Positions 1 to 9,287 of a stretch of 64,000 nucleotides of DNA are shown in pieces. A program made the position numbers and the translations under genes. The DNA is from a virus: the IMG/VR virus record IMGVR_UViG_3300032214_000528, positions 32,001-96,000 of that record; one strand, written 5' to 3'. The notes under the pieces were generated by a model. The model saw only the letters and a program-made list of their open reading frames with translations. It ran no database searches and was not told where the DNA came from. How positions within the stretch are numbered: position 1 is the stretch's first letter; every line of letters starts with the position of its first letter.

Positions 1-1389
1 AACAACTGTCTGCAATGTGTTGGATACAGTTTCGACTGCTGCTGCAGACACAACGATCTGAGTCTCGGCAACGGCAACTACTGCTTCTGCTACAGCAGTA
101 ACTGCTGGTTCTACTGATGCAACTGCAGTTGTAGTAGCAGTTGTAGCAACTGTTTCAGCTGTTGTTGCAGCTGTCTGAGCTGTAGATTGTTCTGTTTGAG
201 CAGCAGTAAGAGTGGTTTGAGCTGTAGACAAAGCTGTAGTAGCAGTGGTTTCTGCTGTTTGTAAAGTTGTAAGAGTTGTTTGTTCTGTAGCTAAAGTAGT
301 AGCTGCTTCCTGAGCTGCAGCCACAAGAGCTGGGTCAGAAGTAGTTTTTGTTACAGCAATATTGTCAATAATATAGTAGTCAGCATCTTTTGTAATTGTT
401 AGTGTCTCAATAGATGAACCTGTTACTGTTTCAGTTGAGGTGTACCCGACCGCCTGTGTTTCAGCAGAAACGTTATTATCAATAATTGTTGTCGTGGTTG
501 AGCCATCTGTATTTGTTGCTGTCATAGTTGTATCGCCATTTTTAGCGTATACGCCCATGGTCACAGAAGTGACAGTTCCAGTGTTGCTTGGGTTTACATC
601 AATAACAACATCATTTGCTGGGTATTGAATTACAAGACCCGATCCTGATGTTTGAGCAGTATCCCAATTACCACCAATAGTTACACCAGATCCAGTAGTA
701 ACTGTGACTACACTTGTGGTGTTATTAGCAAAAGTTTCTGTAACTGTTGTAGATGTGTTTGCTGCAGCTGCCTCTGCTTGAGCTGCTGTTGCAGTTGTTG
801 CAGCTTGAGTAACCACTGCTTCTTGTATATCAACTGCAGTTGATGCTTGAGTTAAAGTTGTCTGTGCTGTCTCTACGACTGCTGTTTGGGTCGTAACTGT
901 GGAGGTTGCTTGGGCCAAAGTTTGATTGGCAGCTTCCGATGTTGCAACTGCTGTCTCCGCCGCTGAGATTGTTGAACTTGCTGTTTGCGTAGCATTGTCA
1001 GCTTCTGTTACTGAGCTAGTTGCATTTTGAATAGATTCTGTGACGACTGGAGAAGGTTCGGATATTGATGCTGCTACCTCCGCAATTTGAGTGACTTTTG
1101 TTTCTAGTGTTGTTACAGTAGATTCTGCTGTTGCTACAGCAGTTGACGCTTCAGCTAGTGGACCTTGCGTTGGTTCCACTGAAGTGTCTGTTGGGATCAC
1201 CTCCGACGACGCACTGGATACTGCATTAGTTGTTCCAGTACCTCCTTGATCTTGAGGAGTTGCGTCCTCAGCGATAGCGGCTGATGGGTTAAGTATCCCA
1301 TAGATGACAGAAGTTATTGGGACAGCAAGAATGTAAGAGATGGCTTTAGCGCCAATCCTTACTTTAACTTTGCGTAAACGAGGACGCAC
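1..1389 (-). CDS. Large secreted/surface Thr-Ala-Val-rich protein, partial (runs off the left edge; not in ORF track)
   Basis: Open frame read from GTG at 1389 to position 1: MRPRLRKVKVRIGAKAISYILAVPITSVIYGILNPSAAIA|EDATPQ..., a basic N-region, hydrophobic stretch and AxA cleavage site, then low-complexity T/A heptad-like sequence. Confidence 0.85.
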   Translation of the reverse strand, partial: MRPRLRKVKVRIGAKAISYILAVPITSVIYGILNPSAAIAEDATPQDQGGTGTTNAVSSASSEVIPTDTSVEPTQGPLAEASTAVATAESTVTTLETKVTQIAEVAASISEPSPVVTESIQNATSSVTEADNATQTASSTISAAETAVATSEAANQTLAQATSTVTTQTAVVETAQTTLTQASTAVDIQEAVVTQAATTATAAQAEAAAANTSTTVTETFANNTTSVVTVTTGSGVTIGGNWDTAQTSGSGLVIQYPANDVVIDVNPSNTGTVTSVTMGVYAKNGDTTMTATNTDGSTTTTIIDNNVSAETQAVGYTSTETVTGSSIETLTITKDADYYIIDNIAVTKTTSDPALVAAAQEAATTLATEQTTLTTLQTAETTATTALSTAQTTLTAAQTEQSTAQTAATTAETVATTATTTAVASVEPAVTAVAEAVVAVAETQIVVSAAAVETVSNTLQTVV

Positions 1390-1461
1390 TTAGTAAACCC
1401 CCAGCGTAGGGCTAATAGTTCTGACAAGTTAGTGTCCGTAACCTGCAGAATTAATTATAAA

Positions 1462-2121
1462 CTAAGCGTTTTGCTTCCTTAAATAAACATGTCGTACAGT
1501 AGAGGCGTACCACTTAGCTCCACCTTGTACTGTTGGAATTGCTTCATTATTTAGGTTGTCAGCGATTGTTTTATAAGAAAGACCTGCATCTCTTTCTAAA
1601 AGTATTCTTTCTCTAATAGTTTCTTCTACTTGTGGAAGTGGTCCTAAATCAACTCCCCAAACCTTTTTATTGTCTCTTCTATCCTTATGAACATCCTTTT
1701 GACGCATGGAAATCATTCCACGTTCCATCTCTGCCATAGCAGACATAATTGTTACAACAAATCTTCCCTGATAAGTTCCTGTATCTAAACCTAGATCTAG
1801 TAATGCTAAACGCCACCCATACTTATGTGAGCGATCAACAATACTTAAAAAGTCACGAGTAGAACGAGCAAGTCGATCAAGACGAGTTACAAAAAGTGCT
1901 TTAGCTTTTCCTGTATCTAGGTCTTCTAAAGCTTGTCTTAAAACAGGACGACCAGTAATACTTTTACCAGAACGACCTTCTTCTCTAAGAATCACAGCTT
2001 CATACCCTGCTAGCTCTGCTGCAGCAATAAGTTGCTTTTCTTGAGCACCAAGACTCATGCCATCTTCTGCTTGCATCTGAGTCGAAACTCTTGCATAGCA
2101 GTAAGCAATGCCTTCACTCAT
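1462..2121 (-). CDS. Serine recombinase (resolvase/invertase family)
   Basis: YARVST catalytic Ser motif, EGRSGK..RPVL, RLDRLAR; short C-terminal DNA-binding region. Confidence 0.92.
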   Translation of the reverse strand: MSEGIAYCYARVSTQMQAEDGMSLGAQEKQLIAAAELAGYEAVILREEGRSGKSITGRPVLRQALEDLDTGKAKALFVTRLDRLARSTRDFLSIVDRSHKYGWRLALLDLGLDTGTYQGRFVVTIMSAMAEMERGMISMRQKDVHKDRRDNKKVWGVDLGPLPQVEETIRERILLERDAGLSYKTIADNLNNEAIPTVQGGAKWYASTVRHVYLRKQNA

Positions 2122-2333
2122 ACAATCTTCCTAACGTCAAAGTCAGTGTGTCGTTTAATGTATCTAACAGCAAGACTCAAGATGACAATGTCATCAAGGT
2201 GTCCTATTACAGGGATAAAGTCTGGGATTAAATCGATAGGGTTGAGTAGATAAAGACCAGTTAAAACAATAACTATCTTCACCCTCATCGGGGTATCTAT
2301 CGATCTAACCTTCGACCACATCTGTCTAATCAA
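2118..2333 (-). CDS. DUF1232/YkvA-like small membrane protein
   Basis: YLLNPIDLIPDFIPVIGHLDD signature. Confidence 0.85.
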   Translation of the reverse strand: MIRQMWSKVRSIDTPMRVKIVIVLTGLYLLNPIDLIPDFIPVIGHLDDIVILSLAVRYIKRHTDFDVRKIV

Positions 2334-3040
2334 GGAGCTACTCTTCCATTCTTAACGAAGGAATCGTAGGTAAGAGGCATAATCTCTTTGAAGATCTGCT
2401 CATACTTTTCAGCAACCATCTCGATCTCTCTTTGAGGGTAGCTTGGGAAGTGTGATCCTTCAGCAGTCATTCTTAAAGATAAGAAGTCCATTAAAGCTCT
2501 GGCATTCATAGTCACATAGGCGGAAGAGTAGATATTGACTGGGAGAACTCCTCTAGCAACTTCCCTAGCAACACCTGCTGCTAGCATGTCCATGTAGTTG
2601 GCATAAGCCTCTTTACAGGTTCTTCTATATGAAACCAAGGTAATAGCCATTTGTTCTGCACTGCCATCTTCAAATGTATAAGCTCCAGTCTTACCAACTT
2701 GGACCAGTTTGCGATCTGGACTCGGAACATAGAACTCTGGTTCCAAGACTCGATAGCGACCTGACTCTTCGTTGTAAGAAGCCATTCGATGGCGCATATG
2801 TTCACGCCAAACAAAGATGGGAGCTTTGACATAGAAGGTAAAGACAGAGTGCTCAAAGGGAGAGCCATGACGCTCTCTGGCTAAGAAGTTAATCAAGCCA
2901 GCAAGTTTCTCGTTCCCCTCAGTTGAGTTAAACGATCTTTCCCCTTGGGTAGATACCTTTGCAGCAAAAGCAACATCGTTATCTGAGGCACTGTGTTTTA
3001 CCAATTCGACAACTACATCTGATCGAAAGGTGAGGTCCAA
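2330..3040 (-). CDS. thyX: FAD-dependent thymidylate synthase ThyX
   Basis: HGSPFEH and RHRMASYNEESGRY (RHRx7S) motifs. Confidence 0.96.
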   Translation of the reverse strand: MDLTFRSDVVVELVKHSASDNDVAFAAKVSTQGERSFNSTEGNEKLAGLINFLARERHGSPFEHSVFTFYVKAPIFVWREHMRHRMASYNEESGRYRVLEPEFYVPSPDRKLVQVGKTGAYTFEDGSAEQMAITLVSYRRTCKEAYANYMDMLAAGVAREVARGVLPVNIYSSAYVTMNARALMDFLSLRMTAEGSHFPSYPQREIEMVAEKYEQIFKEIMPLTYDSFVKNGRVAP

Positions 3041-3253
3041 TTACTCCCCAGTCTTAACAGAACGAAGCTTTGCCTTTGCCTTGGCTTTTGCTGCTGCCTC
3101 ATCGCTTTTCTTGAAGAAGGTCATTGAAGCCTTAACAATAGCCAAAAAAGCAGCAAAAGTGATGATGCAGATGATTGCTACCAAAATCCAGCCAACTGCC
3201 CATAGTGAGATCTGAAATGCCAATTCGAATGGCAGTTTCCAATTGATGTCCAT
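3041..3253 (-). CDS. Hypothetical membrane protein
   Basis: 70 aa, one long hydrophobic helix, GAGG RBS upstream. Confidence 0.6.
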   Translation of the reverse strand: MDINWKLPFELAFQISLWAVGWILVAIICIITFAAFLAIVKASMTFFKKSDEAAAKAKAKAKLRSVKTGE

Positions 3254-3365
3254 ATTTCCTCGTTTCTGGGGTAATTCCCCGTGTAAATAAGCCTACCATA
3301 TGTACAGACTTAGACTTAACTATGTACAGTTTTTAGGGCTGTTTTATAAGCTTCACATGCCTTTT

Positions 3366-3512
3366 TCAGCCTATAGATCGTACAATCATTACCTTTTCCC
3401 AAGCGGCGCCACAGGCGTAGCACCAGTCGTCCTTATCTAGGAACATTTTGTTGTTTACAACGCCTCTAGCACTTGAAGGGCATTCAGAGCAGAAATAAGA
3501 AAACTGGATCAC
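3366..3512 (-). CDS. Zn-ribbon microprotein (48 aa, not in ORF track)
   Basis: MIQFSYFCSEC...WCYACG; two CxxC; start overlaps stop of the upstream gene (GTGA). Confidence 0.55.
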   Translation of the reverse strand: MIQFSYFCSECPSSARGVVNNKMFLDKDDWCYACGAAWEKVMIVRSIG

Positions 3513-3826
3513 TCTAACTCCTTCTCGATAGCCTGAATAGTTGGGCAGGGATACATTTGGCTAAATCCATTACTAGAACACTCTTTACATTGTTCTTCCC
3601 ATAATTCATTTTCTTCACCATCATACCCACCAGTAAACCCTAGAACTGGCTTATGCAATTCCACTACTGCACGAAGGGCAGGGTAAAACTTCCAATTGAC
3701 TGTATCATCGCCGCTTAACTCAATGATTCGTAAAGTTAACTCACTTTGGGTCATGCATTGTCCTCCAGTTTCTACCAAAGGCGATATAACACCCGACTCG
3801 GTTAAACCAATCTTCTTGATCTGCAA
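3509..3826 (-). CDS. Hypothetical phage protein (true start probably at internal MTQSEL)
   Basis: ALRAVVELHKP...CKEC...YPCPTIQAI, a common actinophage small-protein pattern. Confidence 0.6.
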   Translation of the reverse strand: MQIKKIGLTESGVISPLVETGGQCMTQSELTLRIIELSGDDTVNWKFYPALRAVVELHKPVLGFTGGYDGEENELWEEQCKECSSNGFSQMYPCPTIQAIEKELE

Positions 3827-3856
3827 TAAACCAAAATGGCTTGGCTAGTAACTTTC

Positions 3857-4126
3857 TCATTCGTCATCTCCCAAAAGCTCTCTCATAGCAGCAAGTGTGG
3901 TCTTGTTTGGTTTATTAATTGGACCTGCTCCAAAGTCTGAAATTACATGATAAGCAGTTTCTACATAAGAAAGAGTGTTAGAGATTAGATCCTCTGGGTG
4001 AGAGAGTTCACTAGTCCAACTACCTTGAAGATGCGCCTTCAAGCCGGGGATAAGCCTGTCCACGAACTCGTCAGGGGTCATATAACCTCTAGCCTTAAGT
4101 TCTTTATCAGTTGGTTGCTTTTTCAT
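3857..4126 (-). CDS. Hypothetical protein
   Basis: 89 aa ORF, overlaps neighbour ATGA-style. Confidence 0.55.
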   Translation of the reverse strand: MKKQPTDKELKARGYMTPDEFVDRLIPGLKAHLQGSWTSELSHPEDLISNTLSYVETAYHVISDFGAGPINKPNKTTLAAMRELLGDDE

Positions 4127-4626
4127 TCTTTATGACTCTTTTTTGCTTTATCTACAGATTCTATTTGCTTCTCCAGACAAGGTACGCAGACATTTCCATG
4201 GATAATCATGGCGCCAGCACTCACCATATACTCTGAAAATATAGAATGCCCGGAGGTAGCGCAAAAGTCACACATATCTGGTGTTTCCTTTTTTGCCTTT
4301 TTTGCTTGCTCTAGACTATCTACAGGACAGGCAAAAAGGTTTGGCATCAGCAGATGAGAATAAACTATTGATGGGGTAAATGGGTCTAGGTGTTTGCAAG
4401 CAACCACCGAGCTAATACCTTCTTCTGTGTGAGTGAACCTATACTTTTCCCCGAAATAAGTATCTAAGAAATTATATGAGTCATCTTCGCTACTATTTAT
4501 CCCTTTTCCTTTTATAGTCTCTCCAGCAGTTTCAAGAATACTCCTAGCGTGGGCAGCTGCACCTTCTATTTGATCTTTAAAAAATATATCTCTAATGCGA
4601 TCTTCACTCATTCGTCGCACCCACAA
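4123..4626 (-). CDS. Hypothetical protein with CxxC pairs
   Basis: 167 aa; CDFC, CVPC. Confidence 0.6.
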   Translation of the reverse strand: MWVRRMSEDRIRDIFFKDQIEGAAAHARSILETAGETIKGKGINSSEDDSYNFLDTYFGEKYRFTHTEEGISSVVACKHLDPFTPSIVYSHLLMPNLFACPVDSLEQAKKAKKETPDMCDFCATSGHSIFSEYMVSAGAMIIHGNVCVPCLEKQIESVDKAKKSHKE

Positions 4627-4799
4627 GGTTCTGTGTAGTCAAATGTGCAAAAGTAGCATCCCATAAACTCCCCGTGGGCTTTGCAGACATAGCGAAACTG
4701 CTGGGCATCGCAGCATATATGAATATCATCCATGATGTCGTAATACTTAGTTTGATCGATAGGTCTACTCACTTGGGTGCTCCTCTCGTGTTTTGGCAT
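4608..4799 (-). CDS. Small Cys-rich hypothetical protein
   Basis: CCD..YVCKAH..CYFC..CGC. Confidence 0.5.
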   Translation of the reverse strand: MPKHERSTQVSRPIDQTKYYDIMDDIHICCDAQQFRYVCKAHGEFMGCYFCTFDYTEPCGCDE

Positions 4800-4968
4800 C
4801 TAAAATCTCTTGCTTAGTCCAATACTCTGCATAGGCATACCAATGGATAAAGTTGATGGTAATTGCCCTTGAGTAGTGGCAATAGTCAAGACCGAAGCCC
4901 CAACTATCCCAAACGCCAGCTCCGACAAGGAACCTTCCAATCTTTTTATTTCTCGTCGAGTGCAACAT
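4765..4968 (-). CDS. Hypothetical protein
   Basis: 67 aa ORF in a same-strand run. Confidence 0.45.
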   Translation of the reverse strand: MLHSTRNKKIGRFLVGAGVWDSWGFGLDYCHYSRAITINFIHWYAYAEYWTKQEILDAKTREEHPSE

Positions 4969-5081
4969 TCTTATGTCCCTTCATATGGTTGGAAAGAGTT
5001 AGGTGTGCAAACTGAGAGCGCACCTCTATCTCTGCTTTACAAACTGGACATATAACTACCTTGTTCTTCACCTTTACTCCG

Positions 5082-5279
5082 TTACTCACCTGTATCTCCC
5101 TTACAGTCGTGTCCGTCATTGAAATAGGTATCTGTGCGACCTTTTGAGTTATACCTAAGAAAAGCTGGTCTATTCCTCTGTCTTAGGTAGCGTGGGGATC
5201 TAGTCCAATGGTTTGCTCTGCGAAGCCCTACTTCTTGCGAGCATAGTGGGCAGGTTATATTTCTTATAGTAGTTGTCAT
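5082..5279 (-). CDS. Hypothetical protein
   Basis: 65 aa, CPLC; ATGA overlap with neighbour. Confidence 0.5.
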   Translation of the reverse strand: MTTTIRNITCPLCSQEVGLRRANHWTRSPRYLRQRNRPAFLRYNSKGRTDTYFNDGHDCKGDTGE

Positions 5280-5467
5280 TCTTTTTCTAACCTTACTCTA
5301 GCGTTAGACAGTAACTCTTCTAAACTTCTAGAGTCTTGATCAAAGTTTGACCAATCTTGTGCGAGAGGTGTTCCAGTAGGGATTTCTTTTTCTGGTTCTA
5401 CTACTACTGTGATGCCTTTACTCTTTCCCAAGAGATAGGCAACTGCTAAACCTAAAACCATCGTCAC
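5276..5467 (-). CDS. Hypothetical protein with LAQxWxxFDQDSRSLEELL motif (paralog of 44777-44983)
   Basis: Motif seen in both translations. Confidence 0.7.
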   Translation of the reverse strand: MTMVLGLAVAYLLGKSKGITVVVEPEKEIPTGTPLAQDWSNFDQDSRSLEELLSNARVRLEKE

Positions 5468-6171
5468 TCCTTCGGGGAGGCTGTCTTACCTCCTTTTCTT
5501 ATTGTAGAGGCTGCCTTCTGCTTTTGTCTAGTGTCAAAACGTGATTTTCCGGGCGCCCGCTCCGTTAAAGGCGGGACGAGAGTGAGGGGGGAGAGGGTTG
5601 TGGGTGTGGGTGTGTTTGCCTTGCGTCTGGCTCTATATGCCCTCTGGTAGGCAGCTTTTACCTCTTTGGGGATACGAGCAACATGTTCACGATGCTGTTG
5701 CAGGTGGCAGGTCTTGCAGAGAGGGTAAGTTCTCTTTACGCCATTTCTGTCTGGGTAGGATCGGTAAGTTGTATTTTCCGGGCTTCTTGTGTGGCCGTTT
5801 TTGCAAAGTTTCTTTTCACTTGGCTTACCAACAATCTCTCCAATGGATCTGGCAATGCCTCGCTTGATGGCATCATTCTGATTTTGCTTAGGAGTTCCAA
5901 GCTCAAGGTGTTTGGGGTTAACGCAACGCTTAACATCGCAGGTATGCATAATGTGCATAGATGGGTCTGACATCTTATTTTTGTTCTTTGCCATAGCCCA
6001 AGACATCTTGTGTGCGCTTTGGATACTATTCTTTTCATAAGCAAAGCATCCATATCCTCTGCTGTTTGCTGAAGCAAGCCACAGCCAGCACTCGTCTTCG
6101 CCTCTAATATCAACCTTGTCCCAGAAGCGCTTGAGGCGGTTCTCGTCCATCTTGAGCTTGGTGACTTTCAT
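5464..6171 (-). CDS. HNH endonuclease (HNH_3-like) with C-terminal Zn-binding region
   Basis: HIMHTCDVKRCVNPKHLELGTPKQN; CKNGH...CKTC. Confidence 0.9.
   Translation of the reverse strand: MKVTKLKMDENRLKRFWDKVDIRGEDECWLWLASANSRGYGCFAYEKNSIQSAHKMSWAMAKNKNKMSDPSMHIMHTCDVKRCVNPKHLELGTPKQNQNDAIKRGIARSIGEIVGKPSEKKLCKNGHTRSPENTTYRSYPDRNGVKRTYPLCKTCHLQQHREHVARIPKEVKAAYQRAYRARRKANTPTPTTLSPLTLVPPLTERAPGKSRFDTRQKQKAASTIRKGGKTASPKE
5545..5620. repeat. Dispersed ~75-bp element, copy 1 (inside HNH 3' end)
   Basis: TTTTCCGGGCGCCCGCTCCGTTAA...GAGGGTTGTGGGTGTGGGTGTGTTTG. Confidence 0.75.
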
Positions 6172-6662
6172 TCTTCTATTACCTTGTCAAACTTTGATCT
6201 ATTGCATTTAGCATGCATAGGACGAATATTCTCAAGGGTGTCTGTTCCACCTTTAGACATGGGTATCCAATGGTCTGTTGTAAAACTATTAGCCCACTCG
6301 GGTTGTCCGGGTCTTCTATCCGCAGAAAGATCTATTGGAGAACTACATAAGTAGCAGTCGGAGCCATAAAGATTAATGACGTCTTCCTCTTTATAAAACT
6401 CATACTTAAGTCCAAGAGATCGAGCTCTAGCTCTATGGTTTTCTCTACGTTTTCTTTCTGTAGTTTTCTTTCTTTGTGTGGGATCTAAGTAATTCTTTTG
6501 ACGCCTCTCTTTTTCTTTTTCTGGATGTTTAGCTGCTTGATTACGCCTTTGCTCAGCGCTAGCTGCTTTACAGGGAGCACATCTCTCTTCTTTATTAGCG
6601 TAATGCTTTCTATAGCCAGCCATAGTTCCGCATATGTCACGAGTTATGATAGTAGTCTCCAT
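6168..6662 (-). CDS. HNH endonuclease
   Basis: CGTMAGYRKH...CAPC N-terminus; CYLC...DHWIPMSKGGTDTLENIRPMHAKCNRSK. Confidence 0.9.
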   Translation of the reverse strand: METTIITRDICGTMAGYRKHYANKEERCAPCKAASAEQRRNQAAKHPEKEKERRQKNYLDPTQRKKTTERKRRENHRARARSLGLKYEFYKEEDVINLYGSDCYLCSSPIDLSADRRPGQPEWANSFTTDHWIPMSKGGTDTLENIRPMHAKCNRSKFDKVIEE

Positions 6663-6719
6663 AGAAAAAATATACCTTAACAGTCGTGAAAAAGAAAGAT
6701 CTGGTGCTAGGATTTGGGT

Positions 6720-7250
6720 ATGACAACAATTATCGGGATCCAGAAAGAGGATGGGTGCATGATTGTTGCTGACTCAAGGACTAGCGACGCTAAGGGCAGA
6801 CCTTACTCGCATCCTGATATGAAGAAGATCTCGCAGGTTGGGGAGTATCTTGTTGCTGGGTCTGGGGATGCTGATGCCTGTGACTTGATTCAATACACTT
6901 GGGAAGCCCCTGAAGTTCCAGAGGGTGTTGATCTATATCGGTTTATGATTACTGAGGTTGCTCCAAGTATTAGAAAGTGTCTTAAGGAAGCTGGGTATGA
7001 GATTCCAAAAGACGACCCTGATGCTGGGTTCTTTTTCTTGATTGCTATCCGTGGGACATTGTTTGAGGTAGATGAGAGTTATACAGTCATGCTTCGAGAT
7101 GATGGCTTCTATGGAATTGGTAGTGGATCACGCTTTGCACTCGGTGCAATGATGGCTGGTGCAGATTGGAAGGTTGCGATGGACTTGGCAGTAAAGAATG
7201 ACATCTACAGTCATCCGCCATATATTGTGATGGAGCAACTAAAAGTCTGA
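6720..7250 (+). CDS. Proteasome beta/HslV-like Ntn-hydrolase peptidase, copy 1
   Basis: M-T1TIIG, D17-S-R19, Lys near position 33-35, GIGSG; leaderless TAGGAT 6 nt upstream of ATG. Confidence 0.85.
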   Translation: MTTIIGIQKEDGCMIVADSRTSDAKGRPYSHPDMKKISQVGEYLVAGSGDADACDLIQYTWEAPEVPEGVDLYRFMITEVAPSIRKCLKEAGYEIPKDDPDAGFFFLIAIRGTLFEVDESYTVMLRDDGFYGIGSGSRFALGAMMAGADWKVAMDLAVKNDIYSHPPYIVMEQLKV

Positions 7251-7330
7251 TTTTCCGGGCGTCCACTCCGTTAAGAGAGGGAGGGGAGGCAGATTATCCG
7301 GGGAGGGTTGTGTGTGTGTTTTGTGTTTGG
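7251..7330. repeat. Dispersed ~75-bp element, copy 2
   Basis: TTTTCCGGGCGTCCACTCCGTTAA...CCGGGGAGGGTTGTGTGTGTGTTTTGTG. Confidence 0.8.
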
Positions 7331-7452
7331 TCTTCTGGCACGAGCTTGTCTAGCTCTTCCCAAAGGGTTTTGATATCTAGTTGATCTAGGTGGTTTTTAT
7401 AGTCTTGTGCTTCTTGTATGGTTTTATGGTCCAGTTGTTTATCTTTGCTCAT
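7294..7452 (-). CDS. Small hypothetical protein (52 aa, not in ORF track)
   Basis: MSKDKQLDHKTIQEAQDYKNHLDQLDIKTLWEELDKLVPED...; its tail runs into the repeat. Confidence 0.5.
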   Translation of the reverse strand: MSKDKQLDHKTIQEAQDYKNHLDQLDIKTLWEELDKLVPEDQTQNTHTTLPG

Positions 7453-7460
7453 CTGCTTGA

Positions 7461-8699
7461 CTAAAGTAGATCGTGCCAGCCAAGTAAGGCTCTTATGCTC
7501 ATGGTGCCAGTCATTGTTCTAAAAGATAAAACGTATACATCTGAAACTGGATTATCTGAATTAGTACGACCTAGCTGAAGATCCCAAGTGCCTAAGTTAT
7601 CTGACTCTTGTATTGCAGCAGATTGATTAGTTGCATATAAGAATTGACGACGTGTTGGTGTGCCATCTTGACTCATTGCAGTTGCAGTAACGTTGTATTC
7701 TAGATTTCCAGTGTATGGGTCTGTAACCCAAGTTCCACCTGTAACTGAGCTTGGATTCTTAACTAATGCCCAGCCGCCTTCTCCAGCATTAGATGATGCA
7801 ACATCTACATATGTAGGAAGAATTACAGAATCTGTTCTTCCAGCTTTTAAACGAATAGCGATAAGTGGGTATCTATCAGTTCCAACTGATGCTGCCTGAT
7901 CACGCCATGCAGTGTGAATAACAGCTTCTTCGTGACTATATCCTCCATTAGAAATAATGCTTACACAGATCTGCTTTAGACTACTTGAAGAAGCAGTTGC
8001 TCCCGTGTTTTCTATTTCATATCTAACTGGAAGAGATGCTGTAGTTATATAGACAGATGTAGTGGTGTTTGCGTGGTTAAAAATATGAACTGGAACAAAA
8101 TAACCATCAATTGCAAAGCCTAGTCGTACAGAACCTACACCAAGCCATTCATATTCAGACCAGAAGATTTGAGCTTTAGATAGATCAAGGACTAAATCAC
8201 TTGGGCCATCTCCATTAAGTTGATCGATATTCCACTGGGATTGTGGTACTCGTGTCTCAACTACAGCTCCAGTAATATAACTACGCTTAACAAGATAAAC
8301 ATTTAAACCATCTACTTCTAGGTAGAAACCGTTTTGGCGGGAAAAATAACCTGCTCTTTGTCTGAGGTTTGCTTTAGGTGCTGCAAAGACAAATGTCTGC
8401 ATAACTTGTAAAGACTTGCCTGGCTGGTAAGGAAATACTCTGTAGCTTTCTAAAGTAACCTTATCCCCAGAAGCAGTGTTGACGTTAAGTGAAAGACTGC
8501 TTTCATTTACTAAATATGTTACTGAACCTGCACCAGCAACTTCCTCACTAAAATCATCGTTTCTTTTATAGCGATGAGATGAGTCAAAGAGTGTGTATGG
8601 CTCAGAAGTCTTTATGCGTCCAAAAAGATCTGTGCGAAAGCTTGAGAAGCCATGCTGGGAAACGTTAGGTACATTGCCCTGTCCATTGGTATTGGCCAT
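7461..8699 (-). CDS. Conserved phage hypothetical protein, beta-rich, possibly virion-associated
   Basis: 412 aa; DLFGRIKTSEPYTLFDS, YQPGKS, EYEWLGVGSVR patterns recognised from aquatic phage proteins. Confidence 0.6.
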   Translation of the reverse strand: MANTNGQGNVPNVSQHGFSSFRTDLFGRIKTSEPYTLFDSSHRYKRNDDFSEEVAGAGSVTYLVNESSLSLNVNTASGDKVTLESYRVFPYQPGKSLQVMQTFVFAAPKANLRQRAGYFSRQNGFYLEVDGLNVYLVKRSYITGAVVETRVPQSQWNIDQLNGDGPSDLVLDLSKAQIFWSEYEWLGVGSVRLGFAIDGYFVPVHIFNHANTTTSVYITTASLPVRYEIENTGATASSSSLKQICVSIISNGGYSHEEAVIHTAWRDQAASVGTDRYPLIAIRLKAGRTDSVILPTYVDVASSNAGEGGWALVKNPSSVTGGTWVTDPYTGNLEYNVTATAMSQDGTPTRRQFLYATNQSAAIQESDNLGTWDLQLGRTNSDNPVSDVYVLSFRTMTGTMSIRALLGWHDLL

Positions 8700-8700
8700 A

Positions 8701-9012
8701 TTAGATTAAGCCAAATTCATCCATGAGGATTCCTCTTGGCTTTGCTCCTGTAATTCTCTTAGTTTCTTTTCCATCTTCAAAAACGATAATGGTTGGGATA
8801 CTGCTGATCTTAAGCTCTGCAGTCAAGCCTGAGTTCTCGTCTGCATTTACCTTATAGATAGTAATTTGTTCTGGAAAATCTTCTGCAATAGCTTCTAGTA
8901 TAGGGGCAACCATCTTGCATGGTCCACACCAGTCTGCCCAAAAGTCAACGGCGACCTTACCCTTTGAGGTTAGGACATCTGTTGCAAAATCTTTAGATGA
9001 GGTCTCTTTCAT
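8701..9012 (-). CDS. trxA: Thioredoxin
   Basis: DFWADWCGPCK, SIPT cis-Pro loop. Confidence 0.96.
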   Translation of the reverse strand: MKETSSKDFATDVLTSKGKVAVDFWADWCGPCKMVAPILEAIAEDFPEQITIYKVNADENSGLTAELKISSIPTIIVFEDGKETKRITGAKPRGILMDEFGLI

Positions 9013-9287
9013 TACTCTTCATCTTTCTTAACTCCAGCTGCAGATGTTCCATTGAGCATGAAGCCTGAGATAACACCAACGAGAAACGAAACTGTGGTTG
9101 AAAGAAGGGTAAAGAAAGCCTTATCGTTTTCAGACTGGACTTCTCCTAGTGGCTGAGTTACAAAGGTAACGGCATAAATAATTGCCATTGTTGAGCCAAA
9201 GACAGTCAGAGCAAGCATGAGGCCAACATAGAAGCGCAAGCGAGCATTGATTTCATCTGTTGTGTAGCGTGGTCGTCTACTTGGCAT
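9012..9287 (-). CDS. Two-TM membrane protein
   Basis: Two hydrophobic helices; probable start MPSRRPRY at 9287. Confidence 0.7.
   Translation of the reverse strand: MPSRRPRYTTDEINARLRFYVGLMLALTVFGSTMAIIYAVTFVTQPLGEVQSENDKAFFTLLSTTVSFLVGVISGFMLNGTSAAGVKKDEE

Noticed and set aside
440-843. + strand ORFs 440-628 and 652-843
   Set aside because: Antisense shadows of the low-complexity minus-strand gene 1-1389
5464-6662. HNH genes as intron-encoded homing endonucleases
   Set aside because: No interrupted host gene or group I intron core flanks them; they appear free-standing
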